Made by a program: the position numbers and the translations under genes
In this document: piece after piece, positions 8,254-18,176 of the stretch
Position numbering within the stretch: the first letter of the stretch is position 1
Layout: each line of letters begins with the position of its first letter
Source of the DNA: an uncultured Rikenellaceae bacterium
GTDB taxonomy: Bacteria; Bacteroidota; Bacteroidia; Bacteroidales; VadinHA17
NCBI GenBank assembly: GCA_964410385.1
Contig: CAYPHL010000006.1
Span: 4,026 to 68,025 of the forward strand
Direction of reading: 5' to 3'
Length of the DNA: 64,000 bases
Notes under the pieces: generated by a model
What the model was told of the DNA's origin: nothing
What the model saw: the letters and a program-made list of their open reading frames with translations, nothing else
The model's database searches: none

Positions 8254-9347
8254 GATCCCTGAAGCCTAAAATAATCGATTTCTATATAATCAGGAAGTTC
8301 CTGGGAACCTTCCTGTTCTGTCTTGCCCTGATATTGACAATTGCCGTCATTTTTGACCTTTCTGAAAAGCTTGATAACTTTATGGAAAAGGAAGCTCCGT
8401 GGCAGGCTGTCGTGTTTGATTACTACCTTAATTTCATTCCCTATTTTGCCACACTGTTTGCTCCGCTGTTCGTTTTCATAACGGTTATCTTCTTTACTTC
8501 AAGAATGGCTGTCAACACTGAAATAATTGCCATACTTAACAGCGGTATGAGCTTCAGGAGAATGATGTGGCCCTACTTCCTCTCATCACTTGTAATCGCA
8601 GGAGTGATTTTCTATCTTACCAACTTCATAATCCCGCATGCAAATCTTGTCCGGCTCGATTTCGAGGATAAGTATTACAGACCCCGGGGAAGGAGACTGA
8701 ATATTGAAAATGTACACCGCCAGGTCTATCCCAATGTATATGTTTATATTGAATCTTACAGCCCTATTTATATGCGGGGAAGGAACTTCACTATTGAGAA
8801 ATTTGATGAAGATGGCAAACTGGTTTCCAAAATATCAGCTCCTACAGTTACATGGGATTCAGTGTCAAACAAATGGTCTGTCCTGAATTATACTCTGCGT
8901 GAAATAAACGGAATGGAAGATGTTGTCACAAAAGGGACAAGCATAGATACAACACTTATAATCAGGCCTGAAGATTTTTCGAGGGATCCGAGTTTTGTCG
9001 GCACAATGACATTCGAGGAACTGGATGAATATATTGACCTGCTGAAGCTTCAGGGGTCGGAAGAAATAAAAGTATTCCTGATAGAGAAGCACAGGCGTTT
9101 TGCAAGCCCTTTCGCTGTATTTATCCTTACCCTGATAGGAGTAACACTGTCGTCAAGAAAAGTCAGGGGAGGCATCGGGATGAATATTGGTATTGGACTT
9201 GCACTGAGCTTTTCGTACATCTTTTTTCAGCAGTTCGCATCGCAGTTCTCTCTGAAAGGGAACCTGAGCCCCTTGCTGGCGGAATGGATCCCAAATATGA
9301 TTTATATGGTTATTGGTGTGGTGCTTTACAAATTGGCGCCGAAATAG
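8211..9347 (+). CDS. LptF/LptG (YjgP/YjgQ) family permease
   Basis: 378 aa. N-terminal IIDFYIIRKFLGTFLF signature, multiple TM helices flanking a large periplasmic loop. The start is uncertain: the ATG at 8211 overlaps the tgt 3' end by 43 nt. Confidence 0.8.
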   Translation: MERQNDKKGLGKNLRSLKPKIIDFYIIRKFLGTFLFCLALILTIAVIFDLSEKLDNFMEKEAPWQAVVFDYYLNFIPYFATLFAPLFVFITVIFFTSRMAVNTEIIAILNSGMSFRRMMWPYFLSSLVIAGVIFYLTNFIIPHANLVRLDFEDKYYRPRGRRLNIENVHRQVYPNVYVYIESYSPIYMRGRNFTIEKFDEDGKLVSKISAPTVTWDSVSNKWSVLNYTLREINGMEDVVTKGTSIDTTLIIRPEDFSRDPSFVGTMTFEELDEYIDLLKLQGSEEIKVFLIEKHRRFASPFAVFILTLIGVTLSSRKVRGGIGMNIGIGLALSFSYIFFQQFASQFSLKGNLSPLLAEWIPNMIYMVIGVVLYKLAPK

Positions 9348-9392
9348 TTTCAATTAATCATACAATTTCCTTAAACTTGTAACCCTGTTTAG

Positions 9393-9524
9393 AGAGACTG
9401 CGTGAAAAGCATGCTCTTGTCGTCTTACCCCTAAATCCCCCAGGGGGGACTTATTGAACTACTGAAACTTATAAAGCCCCCCTTGGGGGGTTTGGGGGTA
9501 GATAAGGATTTTTACACAGTCTCT
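9393..9524. repeat. G/C-run multi-hairpin element (family 2), copy with an outer 16-bp inverted repeat
   Basis: agagactgcgtgaaaa (9393-9408) pairs with tttttacacagtctct (9509-9524), 14 of 16 positions. Inside, TACCCC (9426-9431) ... GGGGTA (9495-9500) encloses CCCCCAGGGGGG and CCCCCCTTGGGGGG palindromes. Confidence 0.8.
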
Positions 9525-9558
9525 GGAGCAGGCGGATAAATTTTTAATAAAGGTAACA

Positions 9559-11103
9559 ATGGCGCTTAACAGTAAGATAAAGGAGCTGAAGGAAAAGCGT
9601 GAGAAGCTTCTCCTCGGCGGGGGTCAGCAGGCTATAGAAAAGCAGAAAGCGATGGGCAAGCGTACTGCCAGGGAACGTATTATGTCCCTTCTCGACCAGG
9701 GTTCCTTCACGGAATATGATCTCTTTGTTGAACATGATGCCCGTGATTTTGATATGGACAAGAAATCGCTGCCAAGCGATGGAGTGATCATCGGATCGGG
9801 TACCATCGACGGATCTCCTGTGGCTATCTATGCCCAGGATTTCACTGTTGCAGGCGGATCACTCGGGCTTATGCATTCGAGAAAGATTACCAAGATCATG
9901 GACCATGCTCTCAGGATGAGGGTGCCTTTAATAGGTATCAATGATTCAGGCGGGGCAAGGATACAGGAAGGAGTGAACTCCCTTGCAGGTTATGGTGAAA
10001 TATTCTTCAGAAATACAATTTCGAGCGGTGTGATCCCGCAGATATCAGTTATTCTTGGCCCCTGTGCCGGCGGAGCTGTCTATTCACCTGCTCTTACCGA
10101 TTTCGTTTTCGTTGTCGACAAGATTTCAAAAATGTTCATAACGGGCCCGGAAGTAATAAAAACAGTCCTAGGCGAGGAAATTTCAATGGAAGATCTGGGC
10201 GGAGCCCGCGTACACAGCGAGATTACAGGAAATGCACATTTTTACTCGGAAAGCGAAGATGAATGCTTTGCCGGCATAAAGAAACTGGTCTCATTCATCC
10301 CGCGGAATAACAGCACTAAGGCAGGTATCATTGAGCCTGCAGAACCGCTTCCCGGATTCAATATAGATAAGATAGTTCCTGACGATCCTACATTACCCTA
10401 TGATGTAAGGGATGTTATCAGAGCGGTAACCGACAGATCTGATTTCTTTGAGATAATGGAACACTATGCCAGGAACATTGTAATTGGTTTTGGCCGGATT
10501 GAAGGCCGTACGGCCGGTTTCGTTGCAAACCAGCCGATCGAAATGGCGGGAGTCCTTGATGTTGATTCATCCGATAAAGCTGCAAGATTCATCCGCTACT
10601 GCGATGCATTCAACATACCCATAATCACTTTTGTTGATATACCCGGTTACCTTCCGGGCGTTGACCAGGAACATGCCGGAGTGATACGCCATGGTGCAAA
10701 GATACTGTATTCATACAGCGAAGCCACGGTGCCTAAAATAACAGTTATCCTGAGGAAAGCTTACGGCGGAGGATATATAGCTATGAGCTCACGCCACCTG
10801 AGAGCCGATTATGTTTTTGCATGGCCTACCGCCGAGATAGCCGTGATGGGCCCCGAAGGAGCAGCAAATATTATATTCAGGAAAGATATAATGTCATCGG
10901 ATGATCCCGAAGAAACAAGAAAACAAAAGGTTGAAGAATATAAGAAGAAATTTGCAAATCCTTATGTGGCAGCATCAAAAGGATATGTGGATGCTGTTAT
11001 AGAACCTTCAGAAACAAGAAGATTCCTTAAACATTCAATTATTGTATCGGAGAATAAGGAGGTACAAATGCCTCAGAAGAAACACGGACTGCCGCCTTTC
11101 TGA
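9559..11103 (+). CDS. Acyl-CoA carboxylase carboxyltransferase subunit (propionyl-CoA carboxylase beta / methylmalonyl-CoA decarboxylase alpha family)
   Basis: 514 aa. Full-length resemblance to the carboxyl transferase family (GGARIQEGV, GPCAGGAVYSPALTDF, AYGGGYIAM). Confidence 0.9.
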   Translation: MALNSKIKELKEKREKLLLGGGQQAIEKQKAMGKRTARERIMSLLDQGSFTEYDLFVEHDARDFDMDKKSLPSDGVIIGSGTIDGSPVAIYAQDFTVAGGSLGLMHSRKITKIMDHALRMRVPLIGINDSGGARIQEGVNSLAGYGEIFFRNTISSGVIPQISVILGPCAGGAVYSPALTDFVFVVDKISKMFITGPEVIKTVLGEEISMEDLGGARVHSEITGNAHFYSESEDECFAGIKKLVSFIPRNNSTKAGIIEPAEPLPGFNIDKIVPDDPTLPYDVRDVIRAVTDRSDFFEIMEHYARNIVIGFGRIEGRTAGFVANQPIEMAGVLDVDSSDKAARFIRYCDAFNIPIITFVDIPGYLPGVDQEHAGVIRHGAKILYSYSEATVPKITVILRKAYGGGYIAMSSRHLRADYVFAWPTAEIAVMGPEGAANIIFRKDIMSSDDPEETRKQKVEEYKKKFANPYVAASKGYVDAVIEPSETRRFLKHSIIVSENKEVQMPQKKHGLPPF

Positions 11104-11134
11104 TCTCTGAATTTCAATAATAAACTGTCATACT

Positions 11135-11452
11135 ATGGAAAAAGACCCTAAACCGGAGGTACTTAATATAGACACCAGCCTTTACGTTACCAGGATCAGT
11201 AACAAATTCAGGAACCGTAAACCCTGGGTAAAACCAGATCCGCGATCAGTACTGAGCAGCATTCCGGGCACCATTCTTGATATTCTAGTGAAACCGGGAC
11301 AGGATGTTAAGAAGGGAGAGGAACTGATGATCCTTGAGGCCATGAAAATGCAGAATATGCTTAAGGCTGCATCCGGAGGCAGGATACGGACTATTCCCGT
11401 AAAGAAAGGCGACAGGGTGGCAAAGGGAACATTGCTACTTGAATTTGAATGA
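11135..11452 (+). CDS. Biotin carboxyl carrier (biotinyl/lipoyl domain) protein
   Basis: 105 aa. Biotinylation motif EAMKMQN inside a roughly 70-aa biotinyl domain. Lies directly downstream of the carboxyltransferase. Confidence 0.85.
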   Translation: MEKDPKPEVLNIDTSLYVTRISNKFRNRKPWVKPDPRSVLSSIPGTILDILVKPGQDVKKGEELMILEAMKMQNMLKAASGGRIRTIPVKKGDRVAKGTLLLEFE

Positions 11453-11453
11453 T

Positions 11454-12272
11454 TTACAGGTCTCCCTCAAAAATAACATGATCCCTGATATAGCCGGGGA
11501 TTTCCCCGATATCCCTGAAAATACCATAAACTGTCGATCCGCTGCCCGACATCGAACTGTATAATGCACCGGCAGCGTAAAGAGAATTCTTTATTGTTTC
11601 TATTTCAGGATAAAGCTTAAAGACATATTGTTCGAAATCATTTATTACCGATCCCTTCCATTCTGAAGGATGAAGCCTGAACAGTTCCTCAAGATTTTTT
11701 TCAGGCCGGGCAGGGATACAATTGTTATATGCATCGCGTGTGCTGATGCGTATACCTGGATTAACAAGGACTAATTTATATCCCCGGGGCAGATAATCCA
11801 CAGGTTTCAGCATTTCACCGCGTCCTGTTGCAAATGACGGAACGGGATCGATGAAGAACGGACAATCACTGCCCACTTCAAGGGCAATATTTTTCAGCGT
11901 GTAATTGTCGATTGAAAGCCTGAAACACTTGTTAATGGCCTTCATTATACAGGCAGCGTCGGAGGATCCTCCACCCAGACCTGCTGCTGCCGGGATCTTC
12001 TTATGAAGGTGGATCTTAAGGAAGGGAACATCATAACTCTCCCGCATTTTTTTAAGGGCCCTCATTACAAGGTTCTCCTTAGGCCGCGAACCGATGTTTA
12101 TCCCGGTAACCTCCAGAGTATCCTCCTTTACCTGTTCCCGGGGAACCACAAACTCCAGAGCATCACTTAACCCTGTCGGATAGAAGATGGTTTCAATATT
12201 ATGAAATCCGTCATCCCGCTTTCCGGTCACCCGCAATCCTATGTTTATCTTTGCTCTGGGAAACGATATCAT
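11454..12272 (-). CDS. ispE: 4-diphosphocytidyl-2-C-methyl-D-erythritol kinase
   Basis: AKINIGLRVTGKRDDGFHNIETIF and GHMP-kinase motif PAAAGLGGGSSDAA. The internal Met (MISFPRAKINIGL) at 12272 is preferred over the track start at 12323. Confidence 0.88.
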   Translation of the reverse strand: MISFPRAKINIGLRVTGKRDDGFHNIETIFYPTGLSDALEFVVPREQVKEDTLEVTGINIGSRPKENLVMRALKKMRESYDVPFLKIHLHKKIPAAAGLGGGSSDAACIMKAINKCFRLSIDNYTLKNIALEVGSDCPFFIDPVPSFATGRGEMLKPVDYLPRGYKLVLVNPGIRISTRDAYNNCIPARPEKNLEELFRLHPSEWKGSVINDFEQYVFKLYPEIETIKNSLYAAGALYSSMSGSGSTVYGIFRDIGEIPGYIRDHVIFEGDL

Positions 12273-12387
12273 TGGCAGGTATTTTTCGTAAAAGTAGAAA
12301 AAAAGGCGCTCTTTTTTCAACAAGTTTTTAACAAATCCTGTTTGTAATAAAACCCGTGCAGAAGGGATACAGGAAGCCTGTAATATA

Positions 12388-12395
12388 TACCTTTG
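12388..12395 (+). promoter_or_regulatory. Candidate -7 box (TAnnTTTG) for dnaB
   Basis: TACCTTTG, 62 nt upstream of the dnaB ATG. Confidence 0.35.
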
Positions 12396-12457
12396 AAGCC
12401 GGTGGAAACCCGGGAATAATCTCTGGTTAAATACATATAAATCAGTAATATAGGATC

Positions 12458-13978
12458 ATGGCAAAGCAGATCAAGACAGGTAAGCCTGTGGTGACGGTTT
12501 TACCCGATTTCGGGAAAGTGCCTCCCCAGGCCATAGATATGGAAGAGGCTGTTCTCGGTGCAATAATGCTTGAAAAGGAGGCTGTGATCACTATCCTGGA
12601 TATTCTTAAGCCGGAGAGCTTTTACAAGGATTCCCACAGAAAGATCTTCAAAGCTGTTTCCGATCTGTCGACACGGGAGTTTCCGGTAGATCTGTATACT
12701 GTGACGGAAGAATTGCGGGCTCACGGGGAACTTGAAAGCATTGGCGGTCCTGTGTATCTTTCCCAGCTTACTTCGAAGGTCGTGTCAGCAGCAAATGTCG
12801 ACTATCACGCACGGATCGTAGCACAGAAATATATCCAGAGGGAGCTGATAAGGGTGTCGACCGAGATACAGACACGGTCATTTGACGATACGTGGGATGT
12901 AACTGAACTGCTCGATTATTCGGAAAATGAGCTTTTCCAGATTGCCGAGGGAAATATAAAGAGAGAAGTATCTCCGATCAACATGGTCATAAAGGAAGCA
13001 ATAAAGGAGATTGAGGAGGCAGGTAAAAGGGAAGATGCACTGGTCGGCATACCGTCGGGTTTTACCAAGCTCGACCGTCTTACCTCCGGTTGGCAGAAAG
13101 CCGAACTGGTTATTATTGCAGCCAGGCCGTCAATGGGAAAGACTGCATTCGCGTTGTCGATGGCAAGGAATATGGCAATTGATCATGGCAAAAAAGTAGC
13201 GATCTTCAGCTGTGAGATGTCTTCGATCCAGCTTGTAAACAGGCTTATAGTTGCCGAGACAGATATAGCCGGGGACAAGATAAGGAACGGCCGGCTGTCG
13301 GAGGAGGAATGGAAGCAGCTCGATACAAGGATCAAAAAGCTTGTTCAGGCCCCGATCTTTATTGATGATACCCCTGCGATCTCAATCTTCGAACTCAGGG
13401 CGAAATGCCGGCGACTGATGGCACAACATAAGCTCGATATAGTCATTGTCGACTACCTTCAGCTCATGTCGGGGCCCGACAATGCCGGAAGCAGGGAGCA
13501 GGAAGTCAGCAATATCTCCCGTTCACTTAAAAGTATTGCCAAGGAGCTTAATGTACCTATCATTGCTCTTTCCCAGCTTAACCGTTCGGTGGAAATGAGG
13601 GGCGGTACAAAACGGCCTCTGCTGTCGGATCTCAGGGAATCGGGAGCAATAGAACAGGATGCCGATATGGTTGTATTTATCCACAGGCAGGAGAAATTCG
13701 GGATGCTTACTTTCGACGACGGATCGTCAACAAAGGGTATTGCCGAAATTATCCTTGCAAAAAACCGTAACGGCCCCGTGGACGATGTAAGGCTGCGGTT
13801 CAGGGAAGAAAAAGCCCAGTTCGTGGATATGGATGAATTCGATATTGATAATCTGCCCGAAATGAACGGAACACAGAGCATCACTCTGGGTTCAAAGATG
13901 AATCACGACCGACTGAGGGATACGGGCAGCGATTTTGACAGGGAACATGATTATCACGATGAACCTCCTTTTGCCTGA
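12458..13978 (+). CDS. dnaB: Replicative DNA helicase DnaB
   Basis: 506 aa. PPQAIDMEEAVLGAIML N-terminal domain, Walker A ARPSMGKTAFAL, LSQLNR and DLRESGAIEQDAD motifs. Confidence 0.95.
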   Translation: MAKQIKTGKPVVTVLPDFGKVPPQAIDMEEAVLGAIMLEKEAVITILDILKPESFYKDSHRKIFKAVSDLSTREFPVDLYTVTEELRAHGELESIGGPVYLSQLTSKVVSAANVDYHARIVAQKYIQRELIRVSTEIQTRSFDDTWDVTELLDYSENELFQIAEGNIKREVSPINMVIKEAIKEIEEAGKREDALVGIPSGFTKLDRLTSGWQKAELVIIAARPSMGKTAFALSMARNMAIDHGKKVAIFSCEMSSIQLVNRLIVAETDIAGDKIRNGRLSEEEWKQLDTRIKKLVQAPIFIDDTPAISIFELRAKCRRLMAQHKLDIVIVDYLQLMSGPDNAGSREQEVSNISRSLKSIAKELNVPIIALSQLNRSVEMRGGTKRPLLSDLRESGAIEQDADMVVFIHRQEKFGMLTFDDGSSTKGIAEIILAKNRNGPVDDVRLRFREEKAQFVDMDEFDIDNLPEMNGTQSITLGSKMNHDRLRDTGSDFDREHDYHDEPPFA

Positions 13979-13989
13979 TCAGTTCCGGG

Positions 13990-16692
13990 TCAGTCAAACT
14001 TTAAGATAAACCTGAAGCCTGCACTTCTGAATTTAAGGTTGTCAAAACCTGCAAAAATACCCGCTTCACCTACAAGGAACAGTTCTGATATGCTGTATCC
14101 GGCTTCGAACCAGGAGCTGTTCTTCCTTGTACCCAGCCAGGATATGCTCAGATTTTCACGCATGAGAGTATTGCTTAAGCCGGGAAGATATTTAAGGAGA
14201 AGATAGGGTGTCGTGTATTTGATATGAGCCTCACCAAATAACCGTGGTGTGCTGAGGGAATAATATGCCGGGAGGAAGAATGCATCCTCATAATCGTTCA
14301 GCAAGACGGGAAATGATTGAACATTGAAGTGAAAGAAATCGTAGAATGGTAAATATGTATTGTTAAGAAATCCTCCCGTTCTGACTCTCCATCTGAATTC
14401 GCTGAATGCCCCCGGTTCATATTTCTTCGAGGCCTCCAGCCTAATCATATCGAAATGCCTGTAACGTTCTGAAGGTATTGTATATTCATTTATCCCGTGT
14501 TTCCAGGAAAACCTGAATTCCGGCCATTCAGATCCGGCCGGGATCCTTCTGCCATTATTCATCCTGTACTTCTGATCAGGAGTAAAGGTAATATCGGCTG
14601 TAAATTCATAATGGACCTGATCGCGCAGGGAATTCAGCGGATCCGCATCACCGGCCAGGTAGGGATTGTCAGGCAGATTGACTGTATATTCTTCTGATTT
14701 TCTGAAGAATGAGAAGCCGGTCGTGTTTTCAAGCACTCTCCTGTTCTCGTAACCTGCTGATAATTCAAGTCTGAGACTGTTTGAAAAATTCTTTCTGAAT
14801 CCTCCGGTAATGTACTGTGATTCGTACAGTTTTAGGTAATTCTTTTTAAGCAGGAGAGATGTCATTGAATTCAGGAATGTGTTTATACTTCCTCCTGATG
14901 CAATATCGGAGCTCATCACACCTGTCCTCAGGAAGAGTGATGCGGGATTTGTTTTTCCGAAACTGTAACCGCTGTTTATACGCCACATTATTCTCTCCCG
15001 GCTGAAAGCATAATCAATTTCGGGTGCAATCCACCAGGATCCGGATCTTCTTGTCTGTTTTGATAATCTGAAGTCAAATCCATATGCAAATCCGTCCACG
15101 GTATTGAACCTGAGGTTTTCAGGATCCGCAATACCGCCGAAAGTGAATCTTAATCCGGTGGTATCTGACCAGGTATGTCCTGCTGTCAGCTTTTTAAATG
15201 ATCCGGCAAATTTGCTTTTTCCCTTTTTTCGGGGTGAAGAAGCAGACGTATCCTGTCTTACTTCTCTGACATCTCTTACGGCCAGGTCATTCTTTATGCT
15301 GTCGCGTATCCTTATACTCCTTATCTCCGGTTCGGAAAGCGGAATAGGTCTGATGGCAGCCCAGTAGGCACTGTCCTTCTTATTTGCATCTTTCTCAATA
15401 ATATGTGTCGTGTTATCCCTTATCTCCCGGTCGTTTCTCACACTGTCGGGAAAAGCCTTCTCCGATTCCCTGTTCATAAGGCGCGACATTACGATCATAT
15501 CGCGGTTGGTGAGTTCATCCTTTTCAAGAATCTTTTCTATCTTCTGCTGGTTTTTTGAAACAGGCTTATGCGTTTCGGTAGCAGACGGAACTGATACCGG
15601 CACATGCGAAAAAGCATCACTTCCCGGCTTCCTCAACGCAGAATTCAGGGTGACCTCAGAATATTTTACAGATGTCCCGTATCCTGCATCAGCCCTGAAC
15701 CCGAGTATGCCGATGTTCATCTCAAATTTCAGACTTACAGGCATCCATATCTCTTCCTGAACAGGGATATAGATCTGTTCGATACTTAATTTTCCCGCCA
15801 TATTCTCGTTGGTAAGGTCAAGACTGTGAAGGCACCACAGATCTTCAATTATATAGATGATCCCTTCGAACAGCTGCTGACTTTTCATTCTCGGGATCAC
15901 CTGGATCTTGCTTACCGTATTATTCCCCTGCAGTGAAGCTCCAAGGTATTTGAACCTGTAGTATGAAAAAGCCTGGGGTGAGAGGGGTGATATTGCCAGA
16001 TCTGCTATGACCGGCTGGTAGAAGCTGGCCTGGATTATGTCCATTGGGGAAATATTATCACCCTGGTCGGGGAAAGTGCTGTTTATTGAAATGACCCTCT
16101 GACGATATGTGGCCGGAGCTGTGAATTCTATCTCATTGAATGATTCCATAAGGTAGACCTCACCTTCTTTAATTGAAGCTGCTTCAGTTGAAGCATCCCC
16201 GTCAGAATCCATTTTAATCGACCTTTTTATTATCCTGGGGATCCTGTTGATGACCAGATTCCCTTTTATATAAACTTCAGCTTTGTATGAATTGATCTGA
16301 TTGAGGTGATACGGAGCCATTCCGATGGCTTTCCGCATTATATTATATGCCGGATCCTCACCTGTAGCCGAGATCCTGACCTCGGGAATTTCATAATACT
16401 GCACGGGAAGAACAACATTTTTTGTTATTGTTCCTTCATGTATCCTGATGTCGTAAAAAACAGGGGTGTATCCCAGGCTCTGGTAAGTGACAAGGTACTT
16501 TCCTTCCGGCAGCTTTATCTCATAATCACCTTTTGTGTTGGCAGTAGTACCCTGCTTAAGCTCCTGTATACTTACTGTGGAATAAGGAATTGGATCACCC
16601 GATTCAGTCGTGATCCTGCCTTTGAGCACCTGCGAAAATGATATACCCGAATTCAGGATTATAAGCAGGGAAAGGATAGCAGCACGATTCAT
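13990..16692 (-). CDS. Large secreted/outer-membrane protein with an N-terminal carboxypeptidase-regulatory-like domain (DUF5686-like architecture)
   Basis: 900 aa. Signal peptide, then VLKGRITTESGDPIPYSTVSIQELKQGTTANTKGDYEIKLPEGKY (CarboxypepD_reg-type beta-sandwich). The C-terminal half is rich in alternating beta-strand pattern. The family call is from memory of the architecture only. Confidence 0.55.
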   Translation of the reverse strand: MNRAAILSLLIILNSGISFSQVLKGRITTESGDPIPYSTVSIQELKQGTTANTKGDYEIKLPEGKYLVTYQSLGYTPVFYDIRIHEGTITKNVVLPVQYYEIPEVRISATGEDPAYNIMRKAIGMAPYHLNQINSYKAEVYIKGNLVINRIPRIIKRSIKMDSDGDASTEAASIKEGEVYLMESFNEIEFTAPATYRQRVISINSTFPDQGDNISPMDIIQASFYQPVIADLAISPLSPQAFSYYRFKYLGASLQGNNTVSKIQVIPRMKSQQLFEGIIYIIEDLWCLHSLDLTNENMAGKLSIEQIYIPVQEEIWMPVSLKFEMNIGILGFRADAGYGTSVKYSEVTLNSALRKPGSDAFSHVPVSVPSATETHKPVSKNQQKIEKILEKDELTNRDMIVMSRLMNRESEKAFPDSVRNDREIRDNTTHIIEKDANKKDSAYWAAIRPIPLSEPEIRSIRIRDSIKNDLAVRDVREVRQDTSASSPRKKGKSKFAGSFKKLTAGHTWSDTTGLRFTFGGIADPENLRFNTVDGFAYGFDFRLSKQTRRSGSWWIAPEIDYAFSRERIMWRINSGYSFGKTNPASLFLRTGVMSSDIASGGSINTFLNSMTSLLLKKNYLKLYESQYITGGFRKNFSNSLRLELSAGYENRRVLENTTGFSFFRKSEEYTVNLPDNPYLAGDADPLNSLRDQVHYEFTADITFTPDQKYRMNNGRRIPAGSEWPEFRFSWKHGINEYTIPSERYRHFDMIRLEASKKYEPGAFSEFRWRVRTGGFLNNTYLPFYDFFHFNVQSFPVLLNDYEDAFFLPAYYSLSTPRLFGEAHIKYTTPYLLLKYLPGLSNTLMRENLSISWLGTRKNSSWFEAGYSISELFLVGEAGIFAGFDNLKFRSAGFRFILKFD

Positions 16693-16704
16693 ATATCGGG
16701 ATTA

Positions 16705-17379
16705 TTATTCATCTTTTCCGGCAACAACAAGCACTATTTCCCCTTTCGGCGGTTTCTGTTCATAATGATCAGACAGGGAAGCCAGTGTCCCCCTTATATT
16801 TTCTTCAAAAATCTTGGTGAGTTCCCTCGATACTGAAGCGGGCCGGTCAGGGCCGAAATGTGCCGCCATCTCTGCCAGTGTCTTTAAAAGTCTGAACGGC
16901 GACTCATAAAAGATCATTGTCCGGGTCTCATTTTCAAGTGAGGTCAGTCTCTTCTGCCTGCCTTTCTTTACCGGAAGGAAGCCTTCAAAGCAGAACCTGT
17001 CGGAAGGCAGCCCCGAATTTACAAGTGCAGGTATTAATGCTGTGGCACCGGGAAGTGTTTCAACCTCTATTCCCCTCTCAATACATTTTCTGACGAGAAG
17101 GAATCCGGGATCAGAAATCCCTGGTGTACCGGCATCCGAAATAAGAGCTGCTGTCTTTCCCGATTCGATAATTGAGCAAACTGACTCGACAGCTTTATGC
17201 TCGTTGAACTTATGGTGCGGAATCATTTTCGACCTTATATTGTAATGCTTCAGCAGCATTCCGGCATGGCGTGTGTCTTCAGCAAGTATGATATCAGCAG
17301 TTCCAAGGATCTCCACAGCTCTGAAAGTAATATCCTTCAGATTGCCTACCGGAGTCGGAATAAGGAACAATTTACTCAT
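16705..17379 (-). CDS. rsmI: 16S rRNA (cytidine1402-2'-O)-methyltransferase RsmI
   Basis: 224 aa. LFLIPTPVGNLKDITFRAVEILGTADIILAEDTRH and the tetrapyrrole-methylase-like fold pattern. Confidence 0.9.
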   Translation of the reverse strand: MSKLFLIPTPVGNLKDITFRAVEILGTADIILAEDTRHAGMLLKHYNIRSKMIPHHKFNEHKAVESVCSIIESGKTAALISDAGTPGISDPGFLLVRKCIERGIEVETLPGATALIPALVNSGLPSDRFCFEGFLPVKKGRQKRLTSLENETRTMIFYESPFRLLKTLAEMAAHFGPDRPASVSRELTKIFEENIRGTLASLSDHYEQKPPKGEIVLVVAGKDE

Positions 17380-18061
17380 TAGCCGGGAATTTTCTTTTTA
17401 CAAGTTCAAGAAGCTGCTTTGCTGCTTTATTTTCAGCATCATTTCCGGCAATATTCATTACGATGCTGCTGGCATCACCAAAAGTGCCTGTATTTTCAAG
17501 GCTTGAGATTGTCTTGTTATACAGCTCGGAATTACCGTTAAAAAGCTCCCTGATAAAAAGGAATCTGTCATTTATCCCTATTGCTTCAGACAGACTGTTT
17601 ATAGGTTTTGATTTCAGATGCCCTGCCACATCCTCTTCCTCCTTACGGATTCCAAGCTTCTCGTTCAGACTTTCTGTGCGCTTGCCAAACGTATCTCCCA
17701 GTGTAACTGTTTCAGCCGGTTTCTTTGGCGCCCTTACAGGCTCATCCTTTACTTTTAAAGGCTCCTGACGGCGCGTATCAGGCTTTGGTACTGTCTTTTC
17801 CTGCTTTTTCTGTTCAGTAACGGGTTTCTCATTTACAGGTTTTTCAGGGCTTACTTTTTGCTCATATACTTCTTTTGCATCAGGTGAATTATCCTGGAGA
17901 TTTTTCAGAAGCCTTATCACCTCCGCCGCATTCCTGCACTTTGATTTCGCCAGTTCAACCTGCAGGAAGGGTACATTCCTGTAACTTTTCAGATCCTCAA
18001 TTATCTCTACCGCTTCATTCAGCTCCCTTATTATCAGATCGACAGTAGTATTGAAATCCAT
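17372..18061 (-). CDS. Hypothetical protein with a central Lys/Glu/Pro-rich low-complexity linker
   Basis: 229 aa ORF. 8-nt overlap with the rsmI start (co-transcription likely). No recognisable catalytic motif. Confidence 0.5.
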   Translation of the reverse strand: MDFNTTVDLIIRELNEAVEIIEDLKSYRNVPFLQVELAKSKCRNAAEVIRLLKNLQDNSPDAKEVYEQKVSPEKPVNEKPVTEQKKQEKTVPKPDTRRQEPLKVKDEPVRAPKKPAETVTLGDTFGKRTESLNEKLGIRKEEEDVAGHLKSKPINSLSEAIGINDRFLFIRELFNGNSELYNKTISSLENTGTFGDASSIVMNIAGNDAENKAAKQLLELVKRKFPANE

Positions 18062-18176
18062 GACTATTATTATTAATAAAACAAACCAATTAGCTTACTT
18101 TGCAAAAGTAATTATATTTCCAGAGTCATAACGGAATATAATTGCAAATTGGTGCGCCACAGTTGATATAAAACAT

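Noticed and set aside
13677-13685. Perfect DnaA-box 9-mer TTATCCACA
   Set aside because: It is a single occurrence inside the dnaB coding sequence with no neighbouring boxes, which is expected by chance in 64 kb.
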